In this document: positions 37,295 to 48,393 of the stretch, one piece after another
Layout of the letters: each line of letters opens with the position of its first letter
Position numbering within the stretch: position 1 is the stretch's first letter
Virus record (IMG/VR): IMGVR_UViG_3300013110_000368
DNA length: 64,000 nucleotides
Reading direction: 5' to 3' (one strand)
DNA from: an uncultured virus (IMG/VR IMGVR_UViG_3300013110_000368)
Taxonomy: Duplodnaviria > Heunggongvirae > Uroviricota > Caudoviricetes > Kyanoviridae
The notes under the pieces: model-generated
What the model saw: the letters and a program-made list of their open reading frames with translations, nothing else
What the model was told of the DNA's origin: nothing
The model's database searches: none
Position numbers and translations under genes: made by a program

Positions 37295-37541
37295 ACCGAC
37301 CCCCATCACCACCAGCACTTTTATTAATTTGTACCAAACGTTCTTGAACATCTCTTGGTGGTTTCTTTACACCCAACTGTATTGGATCACCTAAATTCAC
37401 CTTACCAATAACAAGACTAATATCACCAGATGCTCCACACTCTGGACATGGATTATATCTTGGAACATTTCTGGCATCAACAGTCTGGAATTCATCCCAA
37501 GTATGGTCACACTCTTTGCATTTATAATCATAAAACGGCAT
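37287..37541 (-). CDS. FmdB-family zinc-ribbon protein
   Basis: MPFYDYKCKECDH...PCPECG. Confidence 0.85.
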   Translation of the reverse strand: MPFYDYKCKECDHTWDEFQTVDARNVPRYNPCPECGASGDISLVIGKVNLGDPIQLGVKKPPRDVQERLVQINKSAGGDGGRYG

Positions 37542-37543
37542 TC

Positions 37544-37735
37544 CTAGTCCTCATCATCGAGTCCAAACGACTCCAAAACCTTTTCTAGTAATTTATCAAT
37601 AACCCTATCCATGAATTCATCAGATTCCTCTAATAACTTCTCCATAACCTTATCAATAATTTCATCCCCTTCCTCGATTATCTGCTCGATAACCTTGTCG
37701 GCGATCTTTTTAACCAATCCTCTTGTATTCAACAT
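37544..37735 (-). CDS. Small acidic hypothetical protein
   Basis: ORF track; amphipathic repeats. Confidence 0.5.
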   Translation of the reverse strand: MLNTRGLVKKIADKVIEQIIEEGDEIIDKVMEKLLEESDEFMDRVIDKLLEKVLESFGLDDED

Positions 37736-37738
37736 AGT

Positions 37739-38677
37739 TTATTCCCCCTCTGTATTTATGACATCCTCGAAACTGACTGTGCCATTTCCGATCTGCGAAA
37801 TCACCTTGCCAGCACCCCTGTTTGCCAATTTTGCCGCTGCATCTATGTTATACCCTTCTGCCACTGCATAGGCCAATACTGCTGTCACTGTATCCCCTGC
37901 ACCCGTCACATCAAAAACGTTCTGGGCATCTACTTCTATTTTACTATAACCAGCATTCTTCTGGTGTAATGTCATACCATCTGCACCTTCGGTCACTAGG
38001 ATATTCTCACTATCTATAATTCTACGCATTTCCCCAATCAATATACTGGTATCCTCACCATCTATTTCATTTAGTTCCAATGATGCCTTGCTATTCACAG
38101 TACACAATGCTTGCCAACACTCACGTTTGTTGGGTTTGAAACACCAGACATCCTTGTACTGCCAGAAGTTTTTAAACTTAGGATCGGCAATTATCTTAGT
38201 ACTGAACCGACTAACCACATGGTTGATAATCTCTCTGTTGATAACCCCATAATCATAATCAGAAAAGATTACTACATCGGTTTCGTTAGGTATGTTAGGC
38301 AAGAAACTCTCAAATACATTATCACCTTGCTGATAATCTACTCGCAATAATTGCTTTTGCCCTGCTAAGAAACGTGTTTTGGTAGTGGTTTTCCGACCCT
38401 CTACAATTTTGACTAACGATGTGTCAATCGAGTTTTGCTTGAGCAATTTCAACAACCTTGCTCCGCATTCATCATTACCGACTGCTCCCATCAGTCTAAC
38501 CTTGCTATCACTGCCTAACTTAATTAGGTTGTGGGCCACATTGGCTGCACCACCTAATGTATAGTAACTTTCATCTACGTCCAATATCTGTACTGGTGCT
38601 TCTGGTGAAATACGACTAACTGAACCAACGTGATATTGATCCAACATCAAATCACCGATTACGAAAAAATTCTTCAT
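37739..38677 (-). CDS. rfaE: D-glycero-manno-heptose-7-phosphate kinase (HldE/RfaE domain I, PfkB family)
   Basis: VIGDLMLDQY..G.VSRISPEAPV, GGAANVA, TTTKTR, SDY..G, KPN and DVTGAGDTV. Confidence 0.92.
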   Translation of the reverse strand: MKNFFVIGDLMLDQYHVGSVSRISPEAPVQILDVDESYYTLGGAANVAHNLIKLGSDSKVRLMGAVGNDECGARLLKLLKQNSIDTSLVKIVEGRKTTTKTRFLAGQKQLLRVDYQQGDNVFESFLPNIPNETDVVIFSDYDYGVINREIINHVVSRFSTKIIADPKFKNFWQYKDVWCFKPNKRECWQALCTVNSKASLELNEIDGEDTSILIGEMRRIIDSENILVTEGADGMTLHQKNAGYSKIEVDAQNVFDVTGAGDTVTAVLAYAVAEGYNIDAAAKLANRGAGKVISQIGNGTVSFEDVINTEGE

Positions 38678-38868
38678 GATGTCTCCTTACCTTCTCTGCC
38701 TAATCATTACCCATGTACATGCTTCTGCACGACTACCCATAACTGTTGCCACCTTTTTACTACCAAACTTCTCTCTAACAACCCAAAACTTTTTATGTCT
38801 CCCAAGTGATTCTTTCCTTACAGTATACGAGGGAGGTTTATCTAGTGACTCCATATCTGTTATCTCCT

Positions 38869-39102
38869 TTATTTAAAACAATGTGGGCAAAAATCTATTT
38901 TGCCCTTTAAAAAATGTGCAAGGGTATTTTCCACTTCTTCTTTAGAAATGTCATACCCCTTGCGATTGGTACTGTCATACACATTCTGAACATACCACTG
39001 AAATGGCATGTTCTGAAATAATTCACCATAGTAAGTCAGTAAACACTTATGTATAACATCTTGATGACTAACGTATTTTGAATGGTGTCTATGATCTGCC
39101 AA
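38869..39102 (-). CDS. Hypothetical protein
   Basis: ORF track. Confidence 0.45.
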   Translation of the reverse strand: MADHRHHSKYVSHQDVIHKCLLTYYGELFQNMPFQWYVQNVYDSTNRKGYDISKEEVENTLAHFLKGKIDFCPHCFK

Positions 39103-39106
39103 ATTA

Positions 39107-39754
39107 CTATTTATCCTTTCTAAGTTCTTTCCATGATACTGGAAATTCTTCAGCTGATAATTTATCTATCTGATCGGTCACTATTCTAGTTTCCAATTGT
39201 GCATCAGGTTTACACCTGAGATTACATACTCTGGCAAATGCCATCAACGTACCAGACCAATACCATTCGGTCATCATACTTTGTGGTAATACCATTCTTG
39301 CCTGTTCTGGGCAAATATTCAAGACGTTGACCCAATGTAGATACTTGCTTTTGGCATCATTACAAATATTCTGATAGGCAACATTGGGATCATCCACTAT
39401 CGAATCTGCTTCCCACACCTCATTACTACTACCCTGTTTCTTATCATCTGCCTTCAATCTCCATTCTTCTGGTTGATAAAATTCTGGTTCAGTGTCCACA
39501 TACCTACGTGAAACCTCATTCCAGACTAATCCGACTTGGTGTTTGACCAACTGACGAGCAACAAAAACAGGTGCAGATATATGATACTGCATAGAACAAT
39601 GACCAAAGGGAGTCCAATGGTTATGATTAGCAAGGTATCGAATGAGTTTTTCATCTTGCTTAGTAAACTTCTTTTTCTTTTTTCCAAAACTAACCCTCGC
39701 TGCGTTTACTACTGTTAGATCTGTACCCATTTTATCTACTAGTGTCACGTTCAT
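39107..39754 (-). CDS. thyX: FAD-dependent thymidylate synthase
   Basis: VVNAARVSF, HWTPF, APVFVARQLVKHQVG..WNEVSRRY and EQARMVLP. Confidence 0.96.
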   Translation of the reverse strand: MNVTLVDKMGTDLTVVNAARVSFGKKKKKFTKQDEKLIRYLANHNHWTPFGHCSMQYHISAPVFVARQLVKHQVGLVWNEVSRRYVDTEPEFYQPEEWRLKADDKKQGSSNEVWEADSIVDDPNVAYQNICNDAKSKYLHWVNVLNICPEQARMVLPQSMMTEWYWSGTLMAFARVCNLRCKPDAQLETRIVTDQIDKLSAEEFPVSWKELRKDK

Positions 39755-39755
39755 A

Positions 39756-40511
39756 TTAATACGTTCCCTCATCTTCTTTACTGAGATCCCATTTATCACA
39801 ATACACTCTTACATTTCCAGCAATAACTATTCTACGATTCTTGTTTGTATCAGTTCTATAAACATTAGCTGAATGTAGCATATCTGCTGGAAAGGCAATC
39901 ATCAATCCATTTTCTGGTTGCGGTGAAAATATATCAGAATGTTGCCAAAAATTTCCAAATTCCTGATACATGTTAATAATATGACTATAAAATAAATTAT
40001 TCCCATTATCTATTGTAGAATCTGCAATATCAACGTAATAAATCAACCCCCAGCTGTGGCTAGGATGATGGTGCGTTCCATGATACCCACCATCACCAGT
40101 GATGTGCAACCAAGATTCACGTAGGTCTACCTTAATATCATCTACAGTTATACCTTTCTTGGCAAATATTTCCACATAAGAATCACTGTAATGCCCTTCA
40201 CCACCAAAATAACTGTAAAATACAGTCCTAAATGCATCCGACATCCATTCCTTTAAAATCAGTAATGTTGGACAATCACCACGTTGTTCTGCCTCATCAA
40301 AAAAACTAAAAGAGCTTTCATAGATACCACTTTTGAACATCTTACCTGGCCGATGGTTTGAATTTCTATCAGTCAAAAGTTTTCCATCCAGTTCGGCATC
40401 CTTGCCCCAATGCATTGATTCCTTAACTAACAATTGTTGTATGTCATCGTGCATTTCATTTTTCATAATCATTATAGGCATTGCCCATTTATTATAATAA
40501 GTATATTTCAT
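39756..40511 (-). CDS. 2OG-Fe(II) oxygenase-like protein
   Basis: SWLHI...YHGTHHHP...IYYV, P.PENG..I.FP..LHS and RIVIAGN. Confidence 0.8.
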   Translation of the reverse strand: MKYTYYNKWAMPIMIMKNEMHDDIQQLLVKESMHWGKDAELDGKLLTDRNSNHRPGKMFKSGIYESSFSFFDEAEQRGDCPTLLILKEWMSDAFRTVFYSYFGGEGHYSDSYVEIFAKKGITVDDIKVDLRESWLHITGDGGYHGTHHHPSHSWGLIYYVDIADSTIDNGNNLFYSHIINMYQEFGNFWQHSDIFSPQPENGLMIAFPADMLHSANVYRTDTNKNRRIVIAGNVRVYCDKWDLSKEDEGTY

Positions 40512-40512
40512 A

Positions 40513-40947
40513 TCAATCCGTATCCCTCATTGAATTTTTATTACTATTGCCATTGCCATTTTTGTTACTAAGAGTAAAATTACGAACATCAAAGAAACTG
40601 GAAACGGCCCCACCTACGATACCTATAAAGACCAATATTATTCTCTCGAAAAATGCCATTTCCCGTTCAATAGTTGTTTGCCCTGTAGTCCAACCTATAC
40701 CAACCAACACACCCATCATTACAATAAGACTAAGCACACCATAAAAGATGTGCCTTAGTATGGTGTGCTGTGCTGATAACTTTTCGTGTATTGCTAACTG
40801 TTCTGAGGTTTCATGTAAGTCCTGTTGTGATACCCCCAATCTGTTTTCAGATTGTGCTACATTTTCAGTTAGTTCTTCGATTTCTTTTTTTAGTAATAAT
40901 ATCAACTCATGGTCTGATTCTACCTGTTTCTCCAAATCATTTGTCAT
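40513..40947 (-). CDS. Coiled-coil membrane protein with two TM helices
   Basis: N-terminal coiled coil and two hydrophobic helices. Confidence 0.55.
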   Translation of the reverse strand: MTNDLEKQVESDHELILLLKKEIEELTENVAQSENRLGVSQQDLHETSEQLAIHEKLSAQHTILRHIFYGVLSLIVMMGVLVGIGWTTGQTTIEREMAFFERIILVFIGIVGGAVSSFFDVRNFTLSNKNGNGNSNKNSMRDTD

Positions 40948-41596
40948 TTAGTTTTCAATTTCACCCCTTGCCCACAAATCTGTGAGTCGTTCTCTTTCTT
41001 TAGATGTATCTATTTCACTAGTCAAAGTTTCAATTTCTTCACCCAATTCTGCAATTCGTTTTTCCAACATCTCGATATAGTCACCAACTACCGACATAGG
41101 TGCTTTTCTTGGATCTGGTCTTTCCATTTCATTTTTCCTTTCTGATATTAGGTTCAAAATCATCACAGGTGTATGTATGCCTGTCTAAGATAGTAAATAA
41201 TTTCCCTTCTGCATTGCGTTCCTTTTTGGTGCAATTTGCATTGTACTGTTTTAGATGTCCTTCGACATTAGAAGTAGTACTAGGAACCATATACCTACAA
41301 TTATCACAAACCTTTTGAACTATCATTTTTCACCCCAATCATCTCTAGTTTTCAAATATAAGATAATAAACCCGACTGTCATCAACACCCATATACCTAT
41401 TACTATAGTCATCAACATGATTTTTTACCCTTTCTCCATTCGGCATAATCCCAATTATCCCAATAGGTTTTCGGCCCTTCCTGTTCCGACTTCAATATTT
41501 CCTGACCAATAAACATTGCCAGACAATAACTCGATTGTATATTTAGGTTTGCTTGCCTTAGAACTTCGTCACCACAAGCAAAATTTTTCTTTTCAT

Positions 41597-42043
41597 TCAT
41601 TTCATAAACCTCGAAAACTTTCCATTGGATTTAATTTTAGTTAGATTTCGTTTTGCCTGATCCTTTTCTTCGTACTCAACCACCCATTCGACATCAGGCA
41701 AATTTAAATATGTCATCTTCAATTTACTAACAATATAATATTGCTTTTTTTCTTTTGCTATTCTACGTAAAAATGCACGTTCAAATACCTTGGTGAAGTA
41801 GGCATGTGGATTAGTTTTAGTTACATCGAACCTATGCACATAATGTACACAATCCACTATGCCATCCAAAATCATTTCTTCTCGGAAAGTATACCCTTGA
41901 AAATTCTTTCTGTTCGATAACCCGATACCGATGTTCATAAAACATTCACCCATGTATTCTGTTACCGTAGTAGAATCCAAACGACTTGCTAGTTCCTCAT
42001 GAAATTTCTTGTTATCAATAGGTTCATACCGATGCAATTTCAT
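41597..42043 (-). CDS. gp55: Late transcription sigma factor gp55
   Basis: IDNKKF, EYMGECF..I..GLS...NF.GYTFREEMILDG and NPHAYFT...AFLRRIAKEKKQ. Confidence 0.93.
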   Translation of the reverse strand: MKLHRYEPIDNKKFHEELASRLDSTTVTEYMGECFMNIGIGLSNRKNFQGYTFREEMILDGIVDCVHYVHRFDVTKTNPHAYFTKVFERAFLRRIAKEKKQYYIVSKLKMTYLNLPDVEWVVEYEEKDQAKRNLTKIKSNGKFSRFMK

Positions 42044-42044
42044 A

Positions 42045-42407
42045 TTACTTCCCCACCCTGTATAAATGTAATAATTCTATATTTCTGAATCCTTCTGGTA
42101 AACAATATTCGATCTTGGTGTATGGATCGTGATAGTGCGATTTTTCGCATAATTTATGTGCATTATCAGGAATCCAAACCACACCATTCGGTGTTTGATC
42201 TGAACTGTCAACACGAACTTCGTGCGATTCCCATCTCAACATGGCCGTTTCCCTTCCACCATTTTCGGTGGTCATACCCCAAGACCATCCATCTTCGTAC
42301 CCTTCACTGCAACCTGTCGTCAACGATGCAAACCATAATACCAATGCCACAATCAACCATACCATGATGGCAAACTTTATTCTGCCCTTCAAATCTTCAC
42401 ATAACAT
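42045..42407 (-). CDS. Putative lipoprotein
   Basis: Hydrophobic leader ending in the lipobox-like LTTG-C. Confidence 0.45.
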   Translation of the reverse strand: MLCEDLKGRIKFAIMVWLIVALVLWFASLTTGCSEGYEDGWSWGMTTENGGRETAMLRWESHEVRVDSSDQTPNGVVWIPDNAHKLCEKSHYHDPYTKIEYCLPEGFRNIELLHLYRVGK

Positions 42408-43181
42408 AATGTTTACTACTATACCTCTACCATATCCTCTTGCTCCAAATCAGATAATTCTTCTGGACGTTCATTGATATGCCCTTCACCCCGAAAGGTT
42501 TTAGGTTTGACTTCGATACCATTGAACACAAACCGTTCTAGGTTTAGTGCTTGAAAGAACATCTCAAAAATGCTATCTCTGCTCAATTCTTGATCTCGAA
42601 CATCGAAATCTACTTTCAACAAAAACTCTGCTCGATATAATTTCATTTTAACCCCTTATAAAATAGTAAATAATGAGTGGGTAGAAGTGGTGCAGTGCTG
42701 TTAGGCTTTGCCCCCCACACCGAACCCTCATGCCTTAGTCCTAGACACGACACAACGATATAACAACCATTTAAGACTTCCATCTCCACTGAAATCACTG
42801 ACACCTTATGGGGCAAATTGCGACCAACGTTCTTCTCGTTTAGATCGAAATCCAAACCAGCACAATTCACTTTACACCCCAATCTTAGAGCAACCATAAA
42901 ATTTATCATATGATCCAACTTCCACGACTCACCTAAAGTTTGTTCGGATAAGAGATCAACCAAATCCGATCTTAGGTGTGAAATCCCCCCTCATTTTATA
43001 TTACTATTACTATTGACGGTCAATATAGTACTTCTCTGGACTTACCTCGAAATACCCTGTCAATACAGGCCATACTACCAACCCCAATCCGATCAACGAC
43101 CATACAATCCCAAACCATAAATCACCATGTTTCTCGATGAATCCTGTACTACCCAACAACATGAAAAACCCTATGACTAAT

Positions 43182-43466
43182 CTAATCATATGACACATCT
43201 ACATCAACAGAAAAATCATTCATGCCATTCTCTAATGTTACTTTCAAAGGCAGTTCATACAGACTATCTGTCAAACTTTTAATGTACATGGCAATCTGGT
43301 CTAACCCTGCACCCTGTATAAATGATCCAACCAGTGCTGGATTTGCCAAGGCAAACCCTTCACCGAATTGATTGTCAATTGCTTCGACTGCTTGTCGTAA
43401 CCATTCTTCGGCAGTATACCCTGCTTGACGCATCAAAGTTTCTGCCGATGGATTTCCTAAATTCAT
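43182..43466 (-). CDS. Hypothetical protein
   Basis: ORF track; ETLMRQA...AIDNQFGEGFALANPALV. Confidence 0.55.
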   Translation of the reverse strand: MNLGNPSAETLMRQAGYTAEEWLRQAVEAIDNQFGEGFALANPALVGSFIQGAGLDQIAMYIKSLTDSLYELPLKVTLENGMNDFSVDVDVSYD

Positions 43467-43467
43467 A

Positions 43468-44025
43468 TTATTCTTCTTCCTCTAGTGCGTCCTGTTCTGC
43501 CCAAAATTTTTCCATTTTGGCATCTTCGGCTGCCCATTCAGCCCGAACTTCGTCTGATACTTTCCATAATGATGTTACTTCACTATACTTGACACCTTCC
43601 TCTGGTTCAAAGAATGTCCAGCCAGAACCCATCACAATATTTTCGGCATAGACTTCACGTAAAACTCGATCCTGTAACTGGTCTAACAGAACAGTACTTT
43701 CATAACTTTTCTTGGTGCGGTTGACACGCAAGTCCTTGTGTAACAGATCACAGATCATTTGTTCTCTTGGTACTTTTGCTATCCTACGCAAGATGCTAAA
43801 ATTCATCTCGATGTAATCGTCGTGTAATAACATTTCTTTCAAGGTCATTTGATCGACTTTGATTGAACGTCTGATCTCAGAACGTTCCCCTGTACCTTGG
43901 TAAGTGAAGTTCTTGGCCGTGTACATATTACTATTCCTTTCTACTTCTGCCATCTCAACCCGTTTCAAGAAACCACCAGACCATTCTGGCATACCATTAT
44001 AATATCCACTAAATCCGTTTTTCAT
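43468..44025 (-). CDS. Hypothetical protein
   Basis: ORF track. Confidence 0.55.
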   Translation of the reverse strand: MKNGFSGYYNGMPEWSGGFLKRVEMAEVERNSNMYTAKNFTYQGTGERSEIRRSIKVDQMTLKEMLLHDDYIEMNFSILRRIAKVPREQMICDLLHKDLRVNRTKKSYESTVLLDQLQDRVLREVYAENIVMGSGWTFFEPEEGVKYSEVTSLWKVSDEVRAEWAAEDAKMEKFWAEQDALEEEE

Positions 44026-45385
44026 CGTAGATCTCTCTAGCCTTTTCCATACCCCTCAGAAATCCGTGAAGATCTCCTATAAAGTATGCCATAGTACCTG
44101 TCAATCCAACCATAATCGTTACTATTACCATCTGTTCAACTTCCATCATATTAGTCACTCCTTTGGACTATCATAGGAATTTCAGCAAACCTACTACCTT
44201 TACCTACATCATTTAATTCAGTTGTGTAAATTATATGACCAGTATCATAATCAAGACCCTTTTCAAGTTTTATTTGAGTGATGTTATCTTTACACAGTTC
44301 ATCCCCAAAATTGTCAATATATTCATTCATGTTAGGAATATTATCAAAAACCCTAACTTCTGAGACTGTACCGCCATACATAACAACTACTGCAAAAAGA
44401 TGTTTCATATATAATCTATCCTTGAATGCTTTGCTAATTTTCTCTCAAGTTTGACGTGTTTCTTCTCTAATTCCCAATCAGTACTATCCCAATTAACAAA
44501 CCACTGTTTTCGGACGTGGTATTCTGGATGTGCATGATAATTGTACTCACCACCAACATGCTTTCGATGCCAATCTTTAGTACGTGCGTGTTTTCTTCGA
44601 GATCTAACCTTTGCTTTATCTTCCATTATTTTCCTTTTCTGCTTTCATCAAATCAATTGCTTCCCAAACAAAAACTGCCAATGCTCCACCCATCAGTATA
44701 AACATGACACCGAATAATGCGATAACTACTGTACCCCAATTCTCTAACACTTTTACCCCTTTTCTTGCTGTCTACGATCAATTTCGTTAATAACGTCATT
44801 CCAGAGAGAAATGATGCGTTTTTCCTCTTTTTCACATGCTTTTTCGATCAAATGGACGTTTATTTGCCAAAATTGGATCTCATGGAGCAAATTATGTGAA
44901 TATTCTTGGATATTTTCGATATTAGTCATCGTTTTCTGCCCAATCTATCAGTTTTTGATGTAAATTATCACTGTATTGTGGTGCGAATATTGAGATCAAC
45001 CCCAAGATACTAATGGATAATACACCCACAATTATGCCGAACACAGCGGCAATGCCAACAAAAAAATTTCTCATATAGTTTTACTATTTATCCTTTTTAC
45101 CCTTTTGACCAAAATTTTCTGCGAAAAAATTTCTCAGAATATTTTCCGAGAAACGTTTTCAACTATGACTGTTAGATCGTCTAATAATAGTTGTTCTAAA
45201 CGGTTTTTACGTTGGATACGTGCAAGTCGATCATCACGGAGATTCTTGCGATTGTCTACACGTCCTCTTGCTATAAAACGTTTGCGTAATGTTTTGCGTT
45301 GCTTGGTTTTTCTAATTGTTCTGTATGCTAATCCCATTTCTTTTTGCGTCCTCGTTGACTTTCGTCATCTAACAAACTAGTACCC

Positions 45386-45411
45386 AAGGCATAAGAGATT
45401 CCTTATGCCTT
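45386..45411. other. 10-bp perfect hairpin downstream of the AAA ATPase gene
   Basis: aaggcataag-agattc-cttatgcctt. Confidence 0.6.
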
Positions 45412-45440
45412 AGACTGTGTTTTTGCCCCGACTGCCAACC

Positions 45441-46628
45441 TTAGAAAGGTTGGACATCGAGATTTTCGGATTTGACTGCTGGAATTTGTTCACCAACACT
45501 GCTATCGCATTTCTCGTAGAGATCTTTGAATGCCAGTTTGGTATCTTCATCGAATCGACTTATGCACAACTCGACTGCTTTCAAACGATCTTTGAAAATT
45601 GCGAATGCATTGGCAATATGGACTAATCGACGTGTTGCGATAATTTCATCAACACCACCATCGTAGAAAGTCTTACGGGTAATATCTGCCCAATTGACCA
45701 GATGTGTTGCAAAATCATCTTCACCCTTAACACCGAGTGACTTGAAAACGTTTTTGATGATGCGAGTTTCGGTAGTAACAGGTGGATATGCCTGTTCTAG
45801 TGTAATGGCAAACCGATCAATAAATGCTTCGTTGAGTACGTTAGTACCAACAAATGCACCAGACTCAGAACCTTTGCCTTTTGTGTTTGCAGTGGCAATA
45901 ATTGTGAACCCATCAGCAGGGTGAACCCACTCATTGATTTTCTTAAGGAAAACACCCTTACCTTCTAAGATCGGTTGCAAGCAAAGAATTTTGCTCGATG
46001 CCAGATCGACTTCATCTAATAGCAGTACTGCACCACGTTCTAGTGCTTCGACAACTGGCCCTTTGTGGAACACAGTCTCGCCATTTTCCAATCGAAAACC
46101 ACCAAGCAGATCATCTTCATCAGTCTCAATAGTAATGTTGACACGGACTAGTTCACGTTTGGTTTCAGCACATGCTTGCTCAACACCAAAGGTCTTGCCA
46201 TTGCCTGACAGACCAGTGACAAAAATCGGATAGAACAAATTGGACTTCAGAATTTGCACGATGTCCTTGTGATGTCCAAATTTGACGTAGGTCTTATCGA
46301 CATCTGGAATGTACCCTAACAGAGAATCGGCATTTGGCAAAGTGTTGCTCTTAGCGATTTCTTCAACTTTTTTCTTAGGTGTTTTAGATGCAACCGACTT
46401 TGCAACTTCTTTTAAATCGGCAGTAGATACGATGTCATCTTCAACTGGTACAGGTGCTGGCACACTGTACGTGTTGTGCTTGCTAGTCTTGAGTGATCTC
46501 ACTAGACTAGATGGCCATTGCAGACCTTCAGTTTCTTTGACGTGCCGTAGATCTGCACGATTTAAAGTTTTGGCAGAGGGGAAATGCTTGTGAATTGCAT
46601 TGATGAATTGGGTTGTGTTGTCAGTCAT
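45441..46628 (-). CDS. cobS: MoxR/CobS-like AAA+ ATPase
   Basis: TGLSGNGKT, RVNITIETDEDDLLGG, LLLDEVD, ATANTKGKG and LNEAFIDRF. Confidence 0.9.
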   Translation of the reverse strand: MTDNTTQFINAIHKHFPSAKTLNRADLRHVKETEGLQWPSSLVRSLKTSKHNTYSVPAPVPVEDDIVSTADLKEVAKSVASKTPKKKVEEIAKSNTLPNADSLLGYIPDVDKTYVKFGHHKDIVQILKSNLFYPIFVTGLSGNGKTFGVEQACAETKRELVRVNITIETDEDDLLGGFRLENGETVFHKGPVVEALERGAVLLLDEVDLASSKILCLQPILEGKGVFLKKINEWVHPADGFTIIATANTKGKGSESGAFVGTNVLNEAFIDRFAITLEQAYPPVTTETRIIKNVFKSLGVKGEDDFATHLVNWADITRKTFYDGGVDEIIATRRLVHIANAFAIFKDRLKAVELCISRFDEDTKLAFKDLYEKCDSSVGEQIPAVKSENLDVQPF

Positions 46629-46695
46629 TATCTAAATCCTTAATTTAAAGGTGAAACTCAAATCGGTCAAGAACCCTTCTCAACCTTACATACTA

Positions 46696-46725
46696 ATTAT
46701 ACCATATTGAGGGGGTCGATGTCAA
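46696..46725 (-). promoter_or_regulatory. Early sigma70 promoter cassette with a downstream stem-loop
   Basis: TTGACA-18-TATAAT, followed by GGTTGAGA...TCTTGACC. Confidence 0.85.
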
Positions 46726-46803
46726 GCTAAAAGTGCATCTTTTTGAAAGTTTTTTTGAAGATTTTTGTAAGAGCATCACTTTCCTCAATTGTTCAACACT
46801 ACT

Positions 46804-46833
46804 ATTATACCATATTGGGGTAGGCAATGTCAA
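46804..46833 (-). promoter_or_regulatory. Early sigma70 promoter cassette
   Basis: TTGACA-18-TATAAT. Confidence 0.85.
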
Positions 46834-46968
46834 GCTAAAAATCACTTTTTTAAGCAGTTGCCTGAATTTTTTTCAGAAGAACTGTAATAGTACTGGAAAT
46901 CAAAACGAAAACCACTAACAAACTCAACATAATCAATATAACTCCTATCTCAATTGTTCAACACTACT

Positions 46969-46998
46969 ATTATACCATATTTTGCCCCCTGTTGTCAA
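46969..46998 (-). promoter_or_regulatory. Early sigma70 promoter cassette
   Basis: TTGACA-18-TATAAT. Confidence 0.85.
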
Positions 46999-47354
46999 GC
47001 TAAATCGCACATTTTCGCACGAATTCAGAGAAAAAAATTTCTGCGGCCGCAACCTTAGATGTAATAGACTGACTAGCAAAACACATTAAATTTACGTTTA
47101 GTAACATGTCACCCAAAAGTGACACTCTGCACCATATGGGGCAAAACTCTCACCACTCTTGTTCCGATAACTCTATTGTACTACCAGTAGAATTCTCTTG
47201 TAGCCACTTCCCAAACAACACCGCACTCAATCCCCAAAAGTCTTTTTTACCTAACAACTGATACACATCCCACGTATTCACACTAGCACCCCGTTTGACC
47301 TTTGCATCACAATATTCAAACACCTTATCCTTGAGATATTCTTCGTATGACATC

Positions 47355-47753
47355 TTAACCAGCAACTCCCATCGGTTCTATCTGTAACAATTTCTCTTGT
47401 TTTTCACTAGTATCAGGCAACTCACAATACTCACACAACCTTCCTGACTCCATCAAATACTCCTTATCAACAAATACCTTCGACCAATCTATTTCTTCAT
47501 TCCTTTCCTCACCAAAATCAAACACAGTTCCAGCTGGCAACCAACAACATATATTACAGTTATTGCAATAATCAGCAATTTCTTCTGATGATTTCATTTG
47601 TGACAATTCTTCATATGTTACCCATCCAGATTCAGCATTGTATTGACACTCTTTGACTCTTGGGGCAAACACATTAGAACTAGGATCTAATCGTTTCTCA
47701 AATGGATAGACCACACAGAATTCTGGTCTATCTTCGTATATTTTACATGGCAT
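47355..47753 (-). CDS. YkgJ/FliB-type cysteine-cluster protein (circularly permuted)
   Basis: CKIYEDRPEFCVVYPF at the N-terminus, with CNNCNICC later. Confidence 0.7.
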   Translation of the reverse strand: MPCKIYEDRPEFCVVYPFEKRLDPSSNVFAPRVKECQYNAESGWVTYEELSQMKSSEEIADYCNNCNICCWLPAGTVFDFGEERNEEIDWSKVFVDKEYLMESGRLCEYCELPDTSEKQEKLLQIEPMGVAG

Positions 47754-47754
47754 T

Positions 47755-48390
47755 TTAAAGTTTCCTTATAACCGTTTCTATCTGATACTCTGGAATTGGA
47801 TGATTGGGCATCGACACCCCATATATTCCCTCTGGTAGAGTTTCCATTATATCATCTGAACATAATTTCAAGTATTCGATTTTGTACTTCTTATCAATTA
47901 GACATGATTTTAGAAAAAGATCAAAATTGATCGTATATGGCAAATCTTCTTTCTTGGTAAGAAAAAACATCTTATGATCTGGATTCCATATTGCTGGCAG
48001 TTCAGTTTTTAGTTCGTAGAGATCCCTATCAGGCACAGCAATAATTAAAAATCCATTACGTTTTAGAATTCTCCACCAATTTCGTATTGCCAGATAGGGA
48101 GCAATACAATGCTCTAAAATGTGACTAGAGTAGACAACATCATAGGATTCATCTTCGACTTGTTTCATAAAAGATGCATCATATTCTCTCGTTCCATCTA
48201 TTCCCCATCCTTCTTCATTGTCATACCTAAATGCATCTTCAGTAATCGGGCTCAATCCACAACCAATATCAATAACTGACCTACCCCTCAAATACCTCTC
48301 GAAAAAATCCTTACCTCGTCTTTGTGATGCATTTTGTGTCTCACCCCAATGTTCCGTTTCTATCCATTCTCCATCACTATTATATGGCAT
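47755..48390 (-). CDS. Class I SAM-dependent methyltransferase
   Basis: IDIGCG, YDVVYSSHILEH and W.RILK.NG.LIIAVPD. Confidence 0.88.
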   Translation of the reverse strand: MPYNSDGEWIETEHWGETQNASQRRGKDFFERYLRGRSVIDIGCGLSPITEDAFRYDNEEGWGIDGTREYDASFMKQVEDESYDVVYSSHILEHCIAPYLAIRNWWRILKRNGFLIIAVPDRDLYELKTELPAIWNPDHKMFFLTKKEDLPYTINFDLFLKSCLIDKKYKIEYLKLCSDDIMETLPEGIYGVSMPNHPIPEYQIETVIRKL

Positions 48391-48393
48391 ACA

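Noticed and set aside
37295..37351. SAR-type N-terminal anchor on the endolysin
   Set aside because: The hydrophobic extension lies wholly within the upstream FmdB gene; the coupled ATG at 37294 is the more likely start
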